Shown here: positions 1 through 8,702 of the stretch, one piece after another
How the letters are laid out: each line of letters starts with the position of its first letter
Position numbering within the stretch: the first letter of the stretch is position 1
Assembly (NCBI GenBank): GCA_040377305.1
Contig: JBEIPA010000006.1
Span: forward strand, 32,001 to 96,000
Source of the DNA: Flavobacteriales bacterium
GTDB taxonomy: Bacteria > Bacteroidota > Bacteroidia > Palsa-965
Direction of reading: 5' to 3'
Length of the DNA: 64,000 nucleotides
Translations under genes and position numbers: made by a program
The notes under the pieces: model-generated
Seen by the model: the letters and a program-made list of their open reading frames with translations, nothing else
Told to the model about the DNA's origin: nothing
Databases searched by the model: none

Positions 1-1246
1 GGTGCAACAGCTGAAGAACTGATAACCATACGATGATCTCAACAATTCCTGCGGGACTTATATGCGGAGTTGTTGCTTCGATCACAGCGTCATTAACTTC
101 CGCCGGACTAGGGGCTGCAGTTCTCGCGAGAAGCAGTACCGCTGCACCTTTTTCAGATATACCAGAATGCTTTCTGATTGATGCCATCCATTCCTTGCAT
201 CTGCTTACGTCGGTTGGTACATCCTGTCGTGCTATCTGATCAAGCGTGTCGAAAACTTCTTCCCCCGGTTGTGGAGTATAATTCACACTCATGCTTCGGA
301 TTTCCGCAGCCAGTTTATCGTTCTGAACTACTCTCGAAAAAACATATCCCGAAAGATTCTTTGTAGCTAGTCCGACGTCGGTTGTGTCAGCATTCAGATT
401 ATCGCGAAGAACTGTGGTCAACGCCAGCACAACTCTCGGTTGTACAATATTCTTCAGAATCGGAAAATCATGGTTCGTCTTTTCTTTAAGATACTCCGTC
501 GCTTGCGCGTACTTGTCAGGAACACCTTTCGTCCACTTTTTTTCCAAACGGATCGCGCCAGGTGCTTGTCTGATTACCCGCAGGTACGTCATGAACGTAT
601 CAGATTTCAGTGTTGACTTCTCAGTAACTTTATATTCACCGTTCACGTGCTTGCCCGCTTTCCACCCGGTTTTCGAAATAAGATCTGCCGTATCATTAAT
701 CGCTTCCTGCTCCAATTCAACTCCGATTGCATCCATAAATTTATTCAGGAAACCCATCATGCTAATTGAGTAGACGATCTGTTCCACTTCCGCTGGAGAG
801 AAATATTGAGCCATGGATTTACAGTGCGCCAAAGTAAGTTCAACAGGCACGCGCGATAAAGCTTCGGCCATCGCAACAACTGCTTCTTCCTTCGCTGTAC
901 GTTTGCCTGCAATCGCTTCTGGTGTTGCTCCTCTTCTCAAGGCAAAAGAACACGTGTGTGCCGAGCAGTACGGACACTCAGCCGCTCTGCTGGATGTGTA
1001 CATCGCAAGACCCATCGCTGCTTTAAAAGATTTCCTGCCAAAAATTGTATTCGGCAAGTTGAACATATTCGGCACAAGGATATTGTATGTTCTGAAACCT
1101 GTCGGCCATATTTCTAAAATCGGATCACACGCCGGCACCACACCAATCAACTCTTTCACCAGCGCCAACATGGGATGATAATATTTGTGCAGCGTTTCAA
1201 AATTTACCGATGCTGATTTTAGACTACTTGCGAGTGTGTGGGTCAT
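1..1246 (-). CDS. AhpD/carboxymuconolactone decarboxylase-like protein (partial, runs off left edge)
   Basis: Not in the ORF track. Hand translation from ATG at 1246 (MTHTLASSLKSAS...) stays open to position 2. Contains SRAAECPYCSAH (AhpD-like CxxCxxH) and MGFLNKFMDA. Confidence 0.75.
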   Translation of the reverse strand, partial: MTHTLASSLKSASVNFETLHKYYHPMLALVKELIGVVPACDPILEIWPTGFRTYNILVPNMFNLPNTIFGRKSFKAAMGLAMYTSSRAAECPYCSAHTCSFALRRGATPEAIAGKRTAKEEAVVAMAEALSRVPVELTLAHCKSMAQYFSPAEVEQIVYSISMMGFLNKFMDAIGVELEQEAINDTADLISKTGWKAGKHVNGEYKVTEKSTLKSDTFMTYLRVIRQAPGAIRLEKKWTKGVPDKYAQATEYLKEKTNHDFPILKNIVQPRVVLALTTVLRDNLNADTTDVGLATKNLSGYVFSRVVQNDKLAAEIRSMSVNYTPQPGEEVFDTLDQIARQDVPTDVSRCKEWMASIRKHSGISEKGAAVLLLARTAAPSPAEVNDAVIEATTPHISPAGIVEIIVWLSVLQLLH

Positions 1247-1439
1247 GTAGACTGTTTTTCTTTTATATTCTTTCGGACAACGACATCGCTGCTACTAAGA
1301 CGCGTATGCATTGCAGCACATGTGTTGGAAAGTTAAGAAATTCCAGACTTGTAAATTGATATACGCTGAATTCAGGGTTCAGCACACATGGCTGAAGTGC
1401 CGATCAGAATTACATCATACATGTTGATCGAATACACAC

Positions 1440-1865
1440 TCATTCGGAAGCCATAAGCCCAAATCGAATTGCCTCTTTCAGCACTTCAATCTTTATATCC
1501 TTCAACGTTTTGAAAGCAATACAATATCCGGTCACTTTCGCTTTGCCTATTTTCTTGCCATACGCATTCTGCAAATGTTTTTTGTCGGCCAGACCAATAA
1601 TGTAAACTGAGATTCCGCTTTTTCCGGCAGCAAATCCAACGCGATAAAACGCTCTGGTTTTTCCACCGGCAAGTTGCATCGTTTGCTCTCCGTAACCAAT
1701 ATTTGGATTAGTCACTTGTTTGCCCTGCTCGTTCTTGCCATCGAGAAACCACAACTTACTTTTTGGAGAAAGCTTAACTGCAAGCTCGTGCAAGGTCTGC
1801 ATGTCGGCACGCTGCGCGTCGGGAAGACTGGCAATATGTTCTTTGATTTGAGCTTTTACGGTCAT
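1440..1865 (-). CDS. DUF1801 family protein
   Basis: MTVKAQIKEHIASLP...NPNIGYG...GISVYI...GKAKVTGYCIAFK matches DUF1801. The track's upstream extension is repeat-derived. Confidence 0.8.
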   Translation of the reverse strand: MTVKAQIKEHIASLPDAQRADMQTLHELAVKLSPKSKLWFLDGKNEQGKQVTNPNIGYGEQTMQLAGGKTRAFYRVGFAAGKSGISVYIIGLADKKHLQNAYGKKIGKAKVTGYCIAFKTLKDIKIEVLKEAIRFGLMASE

Positions 1866-1941
1866 AGATCTTGAAAATTCAAATTGTTTCACTTGTTCGT
1901 AGTAATCGTGCCAGTGTTTCGTACTTGACGGCTCTGCCGTC

Positions 1942-2046
1942 TTGCCACAGATTCGCAGATTTCTCAGATTACGCAAATTGTTTTTTTGCCTTACGGCTCA
2001 AACATTTTAATCTGAGAAATCAGGGTAATCTGCGAATCTGTGGCAA
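1942..2046. repeat. 9-nt periodic inverted-repeat (MITE/REP-like) element
   Basis: ttgccacagattcgcagatt (1942-1961) is the perfect inverse of aatctgcgaatctgtggcaa (2027-2046); cagatt recurs every 9 nt. Confidence 0.85.
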
Positions 2047-2087
2047 AGCGCCTTTAGGCGCAACTGCATGGTGCTTTAGAAGTGCAA

Positions 2088-2588
2088 TTATTTCCCAGTC
2101 AAATCCCTCAGCAACTCATCAAGGCTATTCAACGTCATCTTGAATCCTTCGGTGAAGCCCATTGCAAGTTGTTTCTCCATACGTTCCAGTGATTCATTGT
2201 AAATGGAAATACGCACAGTGGTCTTTCCGTTTTGTTCACTGAACGTGTGATCCCAATCCGATCCCGGTAATTCCATATTTTCATTCTCATCTGCAAACGC
2301 ATTGAGAAATTTGAAATTGGTTTTCGGTGTGATAGAAGTGTACTTCTGCACTGCCCACTTCAGAACCACTCCGTCCGGACCTACCATCGCATAAAATCTT
2401 CGTCCGCCTTCTTCGAAATTCAAAACTTTTGTTCTCGATGTAAATGGTTTCGGCGCCCACCACTGATCCAGAATTTCAGCTACGGTAAAGGCATCCCACA
2501 CGAGTGAAAGTTCTGCATCGAATTCTCTGGTAATGTTTACCGTTTGTTTTGCTTTGTCGACGGTGAAATCGAATAATAGATTGTTCAT
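2088..2588 (-). CDS. SRPBCC (AHSA1-like) domain protein
   Basis: [17 protein letters not shown]...LDQWWAPKP...[13 protein letters not shown]...MGFTEG. Confidence 0.9.
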   Translation of the reverse strand: MNNLLFDFTVDKAKQTVNITREFDAELSLVWDAFTVAEILDQWWAPKPFTSRTKVLNFEEGGRRFYAMVGPDGVVLKWAVQKYTSITPKTNFKFLNAFADENENMELPGSDWDHTFSEQNGKTTVRISIYNESLERMEKQLAMGFTEGFKMTLNSLDELLRDLTGK

Positions 2589-2619
2589 CTGTTGTTGTTT
2601 TAATCGCTTCGCGATTGCT

Positions 2620-2772
2620 TCACCACGGAGACACGGCGAGCACGGCGAATTGTTTGTTATTGTTTTTTTTATCGATCCGCGATTGGTTTACCAAGGAGGC
2701 ACGGCGAGCACGGCATTCTGTTATTTGTACGTCTAACACCTTTAAAATCTTTCGCCGTGCTCGCCGTGGTAA
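2620..2772. repeat. 9-nt periodic inverted-repeat element (accacggNNNcacgg family)
   Basis: caccacggagacacggcgagcacggcgaa ... ttcgccgtgctcgccgtggtaa, with an internal third copy near 2690-2716. Confidence 0.85.
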
Positions 2773-2806
2773 AGCTTCGCCATCGGCGACGCCAAGCATC
2801 AGCCGT

Positions 2807-3301
2807 CTATTTTTTGGCCAGCATCTTGTCGAGATTTTCCATCGCCATCTGCAACCCTTCTTTGAAGCCCATCGCAATCGTTGCCTCCAACTGCGCGAGA
2901 TCTGGAAACACCATGATGCCGTGCACGAGCGTGTTCTCTCCCATGTCCGTGAAATTCATCGTCCACTTTGATTGTGGTAGAGCCGGATTAATATTTCCAT
3001 CTGCGTCACCAAACGCGTCATCGGCAAGAAACAACTTCTGTGGTTCAATCTTCACATAGCTGGCTATTGCCCAGTGCTCTTCACCATTCGGCCCTACGGC
3101 AGCATAATGCCATCTACCGCCTTCACGAAAGTCCATACTTTTTGTGCGCGACTTCCAGGGATGCGGCATCCACCACTGATCGAGAAGTTCTGATTTCGTG
3201 TAACAATCCCAAACCGTCGGGCGGTCAGCCGCGAATTCGCGCTTGATGTTGATCGTGTTCGTTGTTTTGTCGACCGTGAAGTCGGAGAATAAGTTTTTCA
3301 T
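2807..3301 (-). CDS. SRPBCC (AHSA1-like) domain protein, paralog of 2088-2588
   Basis: IKREFAADRPTVWDCYT...LDQWWMPHPW...GGRWHYAAVGPNG...MGFKEG. Confidence 0.9.
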   Translation of the reverse strand: MKNLFSDFTVDKTTNTINIKREFAADRPTVWDCYTKSELLDQWWMPHPWKSRTKSMDFREGGRWHYAAVGPNGEEHWAIASYVKIEPQKLFLADDAFGDADGNINPALPQSKWTMNFTDMGENTLVHGIMVFPDLAQLEATIAMGFKEGLQMAMENLDKMLAKK

Positions 3302-3335
3302 GTTGTTTTGTTTTCTGATTGCTTCGCAATTGCTC

Positions 3336-3492
3336 TACCACGGCGACACGGCGAGCACGGCGATTTTATTTGTTTGCCTTCTATTTTCAATTCGTAATTG
3401 TACAATCACCTCTGCACACAAGTACAGAGTACTATTTGTTCTCCCTTAAATATTTAACCCTTTTCGCCGTGCTCGCCGTGGCACCGTGGTAA
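3336..3492. repeat. 9-nt periodic inverted-repeat element, same family as 2620-2772
   Basis: taccacggcgacacggcgagcacggcga ... tcgccgtgctcgccgtggcaccgtggtaa. Confidence 0.85.
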
Positions 3493-3515
3493 AGCCTGAG
3501 CAGCGCGAAGAGAGT

Positions 3516-3836
3516 TCATCGCTTTTGTTTCTTAATGGTAGCAAGTACTTTGTCTAATTGATTAAATCGATCTTCCCATATCTTTCTGAATTGCTCCAGC
3601 CATTTATCTACTTCTTTCATTTTTTTGATCTCGAGCTCGTAATAAATCTCTCGCCCTTCCTGCTTCGGCTTTACCAATTCACATTCGGTCAGTATTCTCA
3701 GGTGCTTCGAGATAGCCTGCCGTGTCGTGTCGAAATGTTCTGCAATAGCATTAGGCGTCATTGCTTGTAACGCGATGAGTGTAATGATTGCCCTGCGTGT
3801 CGGATCGGCAATGGCCTGAAAAACGTCTCTTCTCAT
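3516..3836 (-). CDS. ArsR/SmtB family transcriptional regulator
   Basis: [18 protein letters not shown]...[12 protein letters not shown]...GREIYY; heads the SRPBCC operon. Confidence 0.92.
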   Translation of the reverse strand: MRRDVFQAIADPTRRAIITLIALQAMTPNAIAEHFDTTRQAISKHLRILTECELVKPKQEGREIYYELEIKKMKEVDKWLEQFRKIWEDRFNQLDKVLATIKKQKR

Positions 3837-3849
3837 TGGTGTTTGGTTA

Positions 3850-3905
3850 TATGCGCAACCATTTGATTGCAAATATATGCGCAACTAATCGGTTTCGCAA
3901 ATATA
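3850..3905 (-). promoter_or_regulatory. Tandem imperfect palindromic operators overlapping TAnnTTTG promoter boxes (probable ArsR autoregulation)
   Basis: tatgcgcaaccatttgattgcaaata (3850-3875) and tatgcgcaactaatcggtttcgcaaata (3876-3903); minus-strand TATATTTG at 3870-3877 and 3898-3905. Confidence 0.65.
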
Positions 3906-3959
3906 TTTCATGAAATTTTGGAAAAATGGGGATTTGATTTGAATTCCGTCCTTTACATT

Positions 3960-4000
3960 CTGCAAATCAGCATATCAACTAATCTGCAAATCAACTAATC
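3960..4000. repeat. 8-nt periodic tandem repeat
   Basis: ctgcaaatcagcatatcaactaatctgcaaatcaactaatc; the 19-mer atcagcatatcaactaatc recurs at 13752-13770. Confidence 0.7.
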
Positions 4001-4039
4001 AAAAGCCGGGATCTCGTTCTCACTATCATTTTCCTCTGT

Positions 4040-4594
4040 TCATCGTGCTGCCGACTGGTAATACATCACCACCGCTCCACACCGCAACGTTTTTGTCTTC
4101 AGCAATTTCAAATCCACCTGTTCCGTAATATTCTTAAACAAGGTCAATCCTTTCCCCAGAATCACCGGGTGAATCATCAGTTGGTATTCATCCACCAAGT
4201 TGAGTTTGGTGAAGGCAACGATCATGCTTGGACTACCTACCATGATATCTTTACCTGTCTGTTGCTTAAGCTCCAGAATCTCCTCTTTGACCAGTTCATT
4301 TTTCAATGTAGAATTCTTCCACGCTACATTCTTCAGTGTACGTGAGTAAACAATTTTTGGAATGTTGTCGATCAGCACTGCAAATTCATCACTGGTCTTG
4401 ATGCCGCTTGGTTCTTCTACCAGCTTTGGCCAGTAGCTTTCCATCATCTGGAACGTTGTCCTTCCGTAGATGAGCGTGCCTGCACTACTCAATAAATCAT
4501 TGTAGTGCTGGTGTGTTTCATCGTCAACGATCCCTGCGGTGTGATCACAGAAACCATCGAGGGTCATATTCATTGCTGCAATTACTTTTCTCAT
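4040..4594 (-). CDS. Dihydrofolate reductase/RibD C-terminal family protein
   Basis: MRKVIAAMNMTLDGF...GRTTFQ...LVDEYQLMIHPVILGKG. Confidence 0.9.
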   Translation of the reverse strand: MRKVIAAMNMTLDGFCDHTAGIVDDETHQHYNDLLSSAGTLIYGRTTFQMMESYWPKLVEEPSGIKTSDEFAVLIDNIPKIVYSRTLKNVAWKNSTLKNELVKEEILELKQQTGKDIMVGSPSMIVAFTKLNLVDEYQLMIHPVILGKGLTLFKNITEQVDLKLLKTKTLRCGAVVMYYQSAAR

Positions 4595-4606
4595 CGCGTT
4601 CCGTAA

Positions 4607-5370
4607 TTAATTCCAAATCTCATTCATCTCTGTCAATATGATCGGCTTTCCATCCGTCACGACAATCGTATGTTCATGTTGCGCCATAAACCCTCCTTTA
4701 TCTCCAACCATGGTCCAACCGTCACTAATCGTTTCAGCATAAGTAGATTTTGTGGAGATAAACGTTTCAATCGCAACAACAGAGTTTTTCTTAAAGCGCG
4801 TCGTATTAAACCGGTCTTTGTAATTCGCAATTTCGCTGGGCTCTTCGTGAAGACTTCTTCCGATTCCGTGACCGGTCAGATTCTTGATCACTTTGTAACC
4901 ACGTTTTTTTGCTTCCGTTTCTATCAGATGACCAATGTCGGAAATGCGAACACCGCCTTTGATACTGAAGATGGCTTTGTGAAGAATCTCTTTCGAAGCC
5001 TCAATGAGTTTCTGGTGTTGATTGATGTCTTCGCCTATCACAAAGAACCGCCGTTGTCCGACCAGAAACCATTCAGCTCGGCAGATACATCGATGTTGAT
5101 CAGGTCGCCTTCCTTCAGAATTCTTTTCTCCGACGGAATACCGTGACAAAATTCATTGTTCACACTGATGCACGTAAAGCCAGGAAACTTGTACGTCTCG
5201 TATGGTGCTGATTTTGCTCCGAGATCAGAAAGTATTTTGGCGCCGTAGTTGTCCAATTCCTTCGTGCTCATTCCGGGCTGAGCGAAGTTTCGCATTTCTT
5301 TCAAAGTCAAAGCAACTGCTTCGCTTGCTTTTTTCATTCCCGATAGTTCGGTGTCGTTGGTGATGGACAT
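4607..5370 (-). pseudogene. map: Type I methionine aminopeptidase, split by a 1-nt frameshift (pseudogene or sequencing error)
   Basis: N-half (CISVNNEFCHGIP...GDLINIDVS...DNGGS) and C-half (GHGIGRSLHEEP...AIETF...AQHEHT) lie in different frames. Adding one T to the minus-strand TTT at 5042-5044 restores GGSFVIGED. Confidence 0.85.
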
Positions 5371-5435
5371 GATACTGTGCGTCTCAATTATTAGCTGATC
5401 CAACTTTCTGTGTTGGGAGTACCAAATTAATGATT

Positions 5436-6431
5436 CTACTTCTCTAAAAAATCATTCAGCGGCTTTATAAACCGGTCAAACGATTCAATGTGCGGAAGAT
5501 GTCCAATATCATCCAGTTCCACCAATGTCGAATTGGGAATAGCCTTTTGTGTTTTCTTTCCCAATTCATTGTACAATCCCATTTTCGCCTGCATCTCTTT
5601 CGTTGCACGCTCTTTTCCGATTGCTGTTCTGTCCCGCGTGCCGATGATCAGCAGAGTCGGACATTTTATATTTCCAAACTCATACACTACAGGCTGAGTG
5701 AACACCATATCAGTCGTCAATGCCGCATTCCACGCAATGAGCGGATAATCTGCATGCAGTGTCCAGCCCGCCAAAAGATATAACCAACGATCATACTGCG
5801 GCTTCCAGTTGTTGTCGTAATAATATTTCAGCTGGTACGCGCGATAACTCTCCACGGTGTTCTTCAGTTCACTCTGGTAATTCGCGTCAATACTCTGATA
5901 GCTCGTCTGCACTTTGTAGTCCTCCAGACCGATTGGATTTTCAAGAATGAGTTTCTCCGTCATCTCCGGATACGACAATGCAAAACGCGTTGCCAGCATT
6001 CCGCCCATAGAATGACCGAGCACAATCACTTTGGTAAGTCTCAGACTGTCCAGAATAGATTTGATATTGAAAGCCAGCTGATGAAAACTGTATTGATAAT
6101 TCTGCGGCTTCGTCGATTTTCCAAAACCAATCTGATCCGGCGCGATGACACGATATCCTTTTGCATTCAGTGCAGCAATGGTCTGTTCCCAATACGCCGC
6201 GTTGAAATTCTTTCCGTGAAGCAACAGAACCGTTTTTCCGTTCGTCATGAGTGGAGCCACATCCATATACGCCATTCGCATCTGCTGACCCTGAGATTTG
6301 AACGCATGAAACTTCACCTCGAAAGGATAAGTCACGGTAGAAAGATCTTTGTCCAGCGCCGTTAATTTATCCTGGGAGAAACAAGGAATTGCCGTTACGA
6401 AAAAGAACAGCAGAAGAATATGGATTTTCAT
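5436..6431 (-). CDS. Secreted alpha/beta fold hydrolase
   Basis: Signal peptide, LLHGKNF, DQIGFGKS, GHSMGG nucleophile elbow, GHLPH. Confidence 0.9.
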   Translation of the reverse strand: MKIHILLLFFFVTAIPCFSQDKLTALDKDLSTVTYPFEVKFHAFKSQGQQMRMAYMDVAPLMTNGKTVLLLHGKNFNAAYWEQTIAALNAKGYRVIAPDQIGFGKSTKPQNYQYSFHQLAFNIKSILDSLRLTKVIVLGHSMGGMLATRFALSYPEMTEKLILENPIGLEDYKVQTSYQSIDANYQSELKNTVESYRAYQLKYYYDNNWKPQYDRWLYLLAGWTLHADYPLIAWNAALTTDMVFTQPVVYEFGNIKCPTLLIIGTRDRTAIGKERATKEMQAKMGLYNELGKKTQKAIPNSTLVELDDIGHLPHIESFDRFIKPLNDFLEK

Positions 6432-6605
6432 TGCGAAATGATTTCAGTTTGAATTTGAACGTGTGGATAATATCACTCGTTCATCACTCAAATTTCATTC
6501 CGGTTTGTATCAATCCAATTTGCTTTCACGTGACTTGGTCTATGAGAACGGCTCACTCACGCAGCGAGTGCATTATCCCCTAAACATGCTTATGATAACC
6601 GCGTC

Positions 6606-6625
6606 GTCCCGATAGCTATCGGGAC
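6606..6625. repeat. REP-like perfect palindrome gtcccgatagctatcgggac
   Basis: 20-bp palindrome; the 18-bp core recurs at 13695-13712. Confidence 0.8.
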
Positions 6626-6846
6626 GCGCGGATAGCAGAAGCAGGTTGGAACAGAATTTTGTCTTGATGACCAATCACCTCATGATTGGGAAGTGTTGCC
6701 TCGGGGAGTGAGAAATCGGTAATAGTTTTATTGAGAGAGGCAATGTGTTGCCGCATGGCAAAACTGATACTTAAGCTTCGCACTGCTTTAGAATTACTTC
6801 AACAGATCGATATTGATCGAAGAGTGGCTACGGTCTTTAATGTAGG

Positions 6847-7011
6847 TCACGCCGCAGAGCGACTTTTGCCTTTAGTTGTACTGCGTTTCTTACTGCGCCT
6901 TTTCAATTTTTGCGCCCGCATGATCTCTCTGAATTCTTCCACTTCCTTGTCCGACCATGGCTCTGACTTAATAATCAGGTCAACGTTTTTAGGTTCTTTG
7001 ATGAGTCCCAT
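6847..7011 (-). CDS. Small hypothetical protein with basic tail (possible antitoxin-like partner)
   Basis: MGLIKEPKNVDLIIKSEPWSDKEVEEFREIMRAQK...; starts 4 nt after the stop of the upstream gene. Confidence 0.7.
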   Translation of the reverse strand: MGLIKEPKNVDLIIKSEPWSDKEVEEFREIMRAQKLKRRSKKRSTTKGKSRSAA

Positions 7012-7015
7012 GATT

Positions 7016-7540
7016 TCAGTTTTTAAAGTATTGTGCGACAAGTTTACCTGCCGATTCAGTATCAATGAACATCCGTTGACCTCGGAGATGTGTCGCCCCG
7101 ATAGACTTTTGATAGTGTGAAATTAACTTTGTCTTACTATCAAATGCAACATAGCCATCATAATTCCTATCGAAAGCAAGCTTACATGCGAATGCCACTA
7201 AGTTGCCTGGAACGCCGAGATATAATTTATGCTTACCAATATTGAATTTTGCACTTTCAAGAAGATGCATGAAAATATGATCTTGCTTATCTTCAATTGC
7301 AACAAGTCCCTGTATTATTGACGCGTTATTGGCAGTAGTCAATTTGTAGATTTCCTTCGACTTGTCCTTGTGCTCTGACTTCCAATTGAACTGCCAGTCT
7401 TTGCGTGTAATTCCTTTTATGTCCTTTTCGGTGACCGCTATTATCTGCGTATCAAAGACTTCCCCGGAAAGAGTGTTTTCAATAGAGTTCGTCAGCTTGT
7501 CAATGACGAAATCAAGGTGCTTTTTTACTTCCCTTTTCAC
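7016..7540 (-). CDS. Hypothetical protein, probable GNAT-like fold
   Basis: IQGLVAI...HIFMHLLESAKFN...YLGVPGNLVAFACKLAF...GYVAFDSKTKLISHYQKSIGA; GTG start. Fold assignment is inference. Confidence 0.65.
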   Translation of the reverse strand: MKREVKKHLDFVIDKLTNSIENTLSGEVFDTQIIAVTEKDIKGITRKDWQFNWKSEHKDKSKEIYKLTTANNASIIQGLVAIEDKQDHIFMHLLESAKFNIGKHKLYLGVPGNLVAFACKLAFDRNYDGYVAFDSKTKLISHYQKSIGATHLRGQRMFIDTESAGKLVAQYFKN

Positions 7541-7622
7541 CCTCTAATTTACGAAATATTAAGCGGACCTGAAAATGCGTTTAAGGAGCAAAAATGGGGC
7601 GAGCCCATCGCTTCACGCACCT

Positions 7623-8441
7623 CTATTCCTTCACAATCCTCTTCACCACTCTCCCCTCATTCGTCGCAACTTCCAGAATGTATACACCCGCTGCGTATCC
7701 GGTCAAGTCAATGCTCGGACTTTTTGAAACCAACACGGTATTACCCTGAAGATCTTTTACGGTAACAGATTCCGTTACACACGAAGATGACGTTGCAATG
7801 GAAATCACACCCGATGTCGGATTCGGATAAACCTGAATCATTGCATCTGCTGTTGCAAGATTATTCGTGTTTGTGATATCGGAAATCGTAAAATCGTCAA
7901 CGAAATTCCAGCCGTACGTACCTGCGATGGTGCGGATGGTGATGTGAGAGCAATTGATCGTCGGAGTAAATGTGACAGTAACAAAATCCCAGGTGAGTCC
8001 GGGAACCGCAGCAGTATCAATTGCCGTTCCGAATAGCGTGCTGTCGTTTGAATAACCAATCTCGAGCAGGTTAGCTCCGTAACCCGGATCTTTGCGGTTA
8101 TAAAAACTCAACAGATAAGTGTTACCTGCAACGAGTGGCGCAGACAACTCCATTGAAAATCCGTCAGTGAGTGTATTCGTAATATCAACTGCCAGCCCTA
8201 CAAATTGATTTCCATGTTCAGCCGTGCCATATCCACAGGGGTTGTTGATTATATCCAGCTGATCTGCAGAACCGAATGCGTAACAATCGTTCATCATACC
8301 GTTGAACGAAGCGTTTGTGATATTGAAATTGCAGTTGCCGGAGGTACTTTCAAAACTGCCGTTGAGGAAGGTTTGGGCGGTGAGAAATGTTGGAGTTGAG
8401 AGAAGGAATGCGGAGAGGGTGAGGAGGTAGGAGTGTTTCAT
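7623..8441 (-). CDS. T9SS type A sorting domain-containing protein
   Basis: Signal peptide MKHSYLL...; NGSFE motif; C-terminal IQVYPNPT...GVYILEV...KRIVKE. Confidence 0.9.
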   Translation of the reverse strand: MKHSYLLTLSAFLLSTPTFLTAQTFLNGSFESTSGNCNFNITNASFNGMMNDCYAFGSADQLDIINNPCGYGTAEHGNQFVGLAVDITNTLTDGFSMELSAPLVAGNTYLLSFYNRKDPGYGANLLEIGYSNDSTLFGTAIDTAAVPGLTWDFVTVTFTPTINCSHITIRTIAGTYGWNFVDDFTISDITNTNNLATADAMIQVYPNPTSGVISIATSSSCVTESVTVKDLQGNTVLVSKSPSIDLTGYAAGVYILEVATNEGRVVKRIVKE

Positions 8442-8702
8442 GGTTGGGGGTTGGTGAGTCGATGATTGTGAGATGAAATTTAGTAAATAATCCTCCAATA
8501 AATTTAGAAGAGTGTGTTCAGGTTAGTTGTGGTATTTCTGACAACCAAATTGCTGTCTTCACCATGCGAGTAATTTGCGTCGGTCCGAATGGGTTGGACG
8601 TAGAAGGTGTTGATTTGGGAGAAGCAGGTGGTGATGGTAACGAAGGAGATGATTGTAAAAATTAATCTCATGAGATGACTGAGCTGATAGGGATGTGTTC
8701 AC

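Noticed and set aside
1866-1976. N-terminal extension of the DUF1801 ORF (MRNLRNLRICG...)
   Set aside because: Read-through from the 9-nt repeat; the family-like sequence starts at 1865.
5036-5050. Programmed ribosomal frameshift in map
   Set aside because: No XXXYYYZ slippery heptamer or evident stimulator; an indel is the simpler explanation.
6580-6850. Integron attC site or ncRNA next to the accessory block
   Set aside because: Only the REP-like palindrome is supportable; no integrase and no convincing attC boxes.
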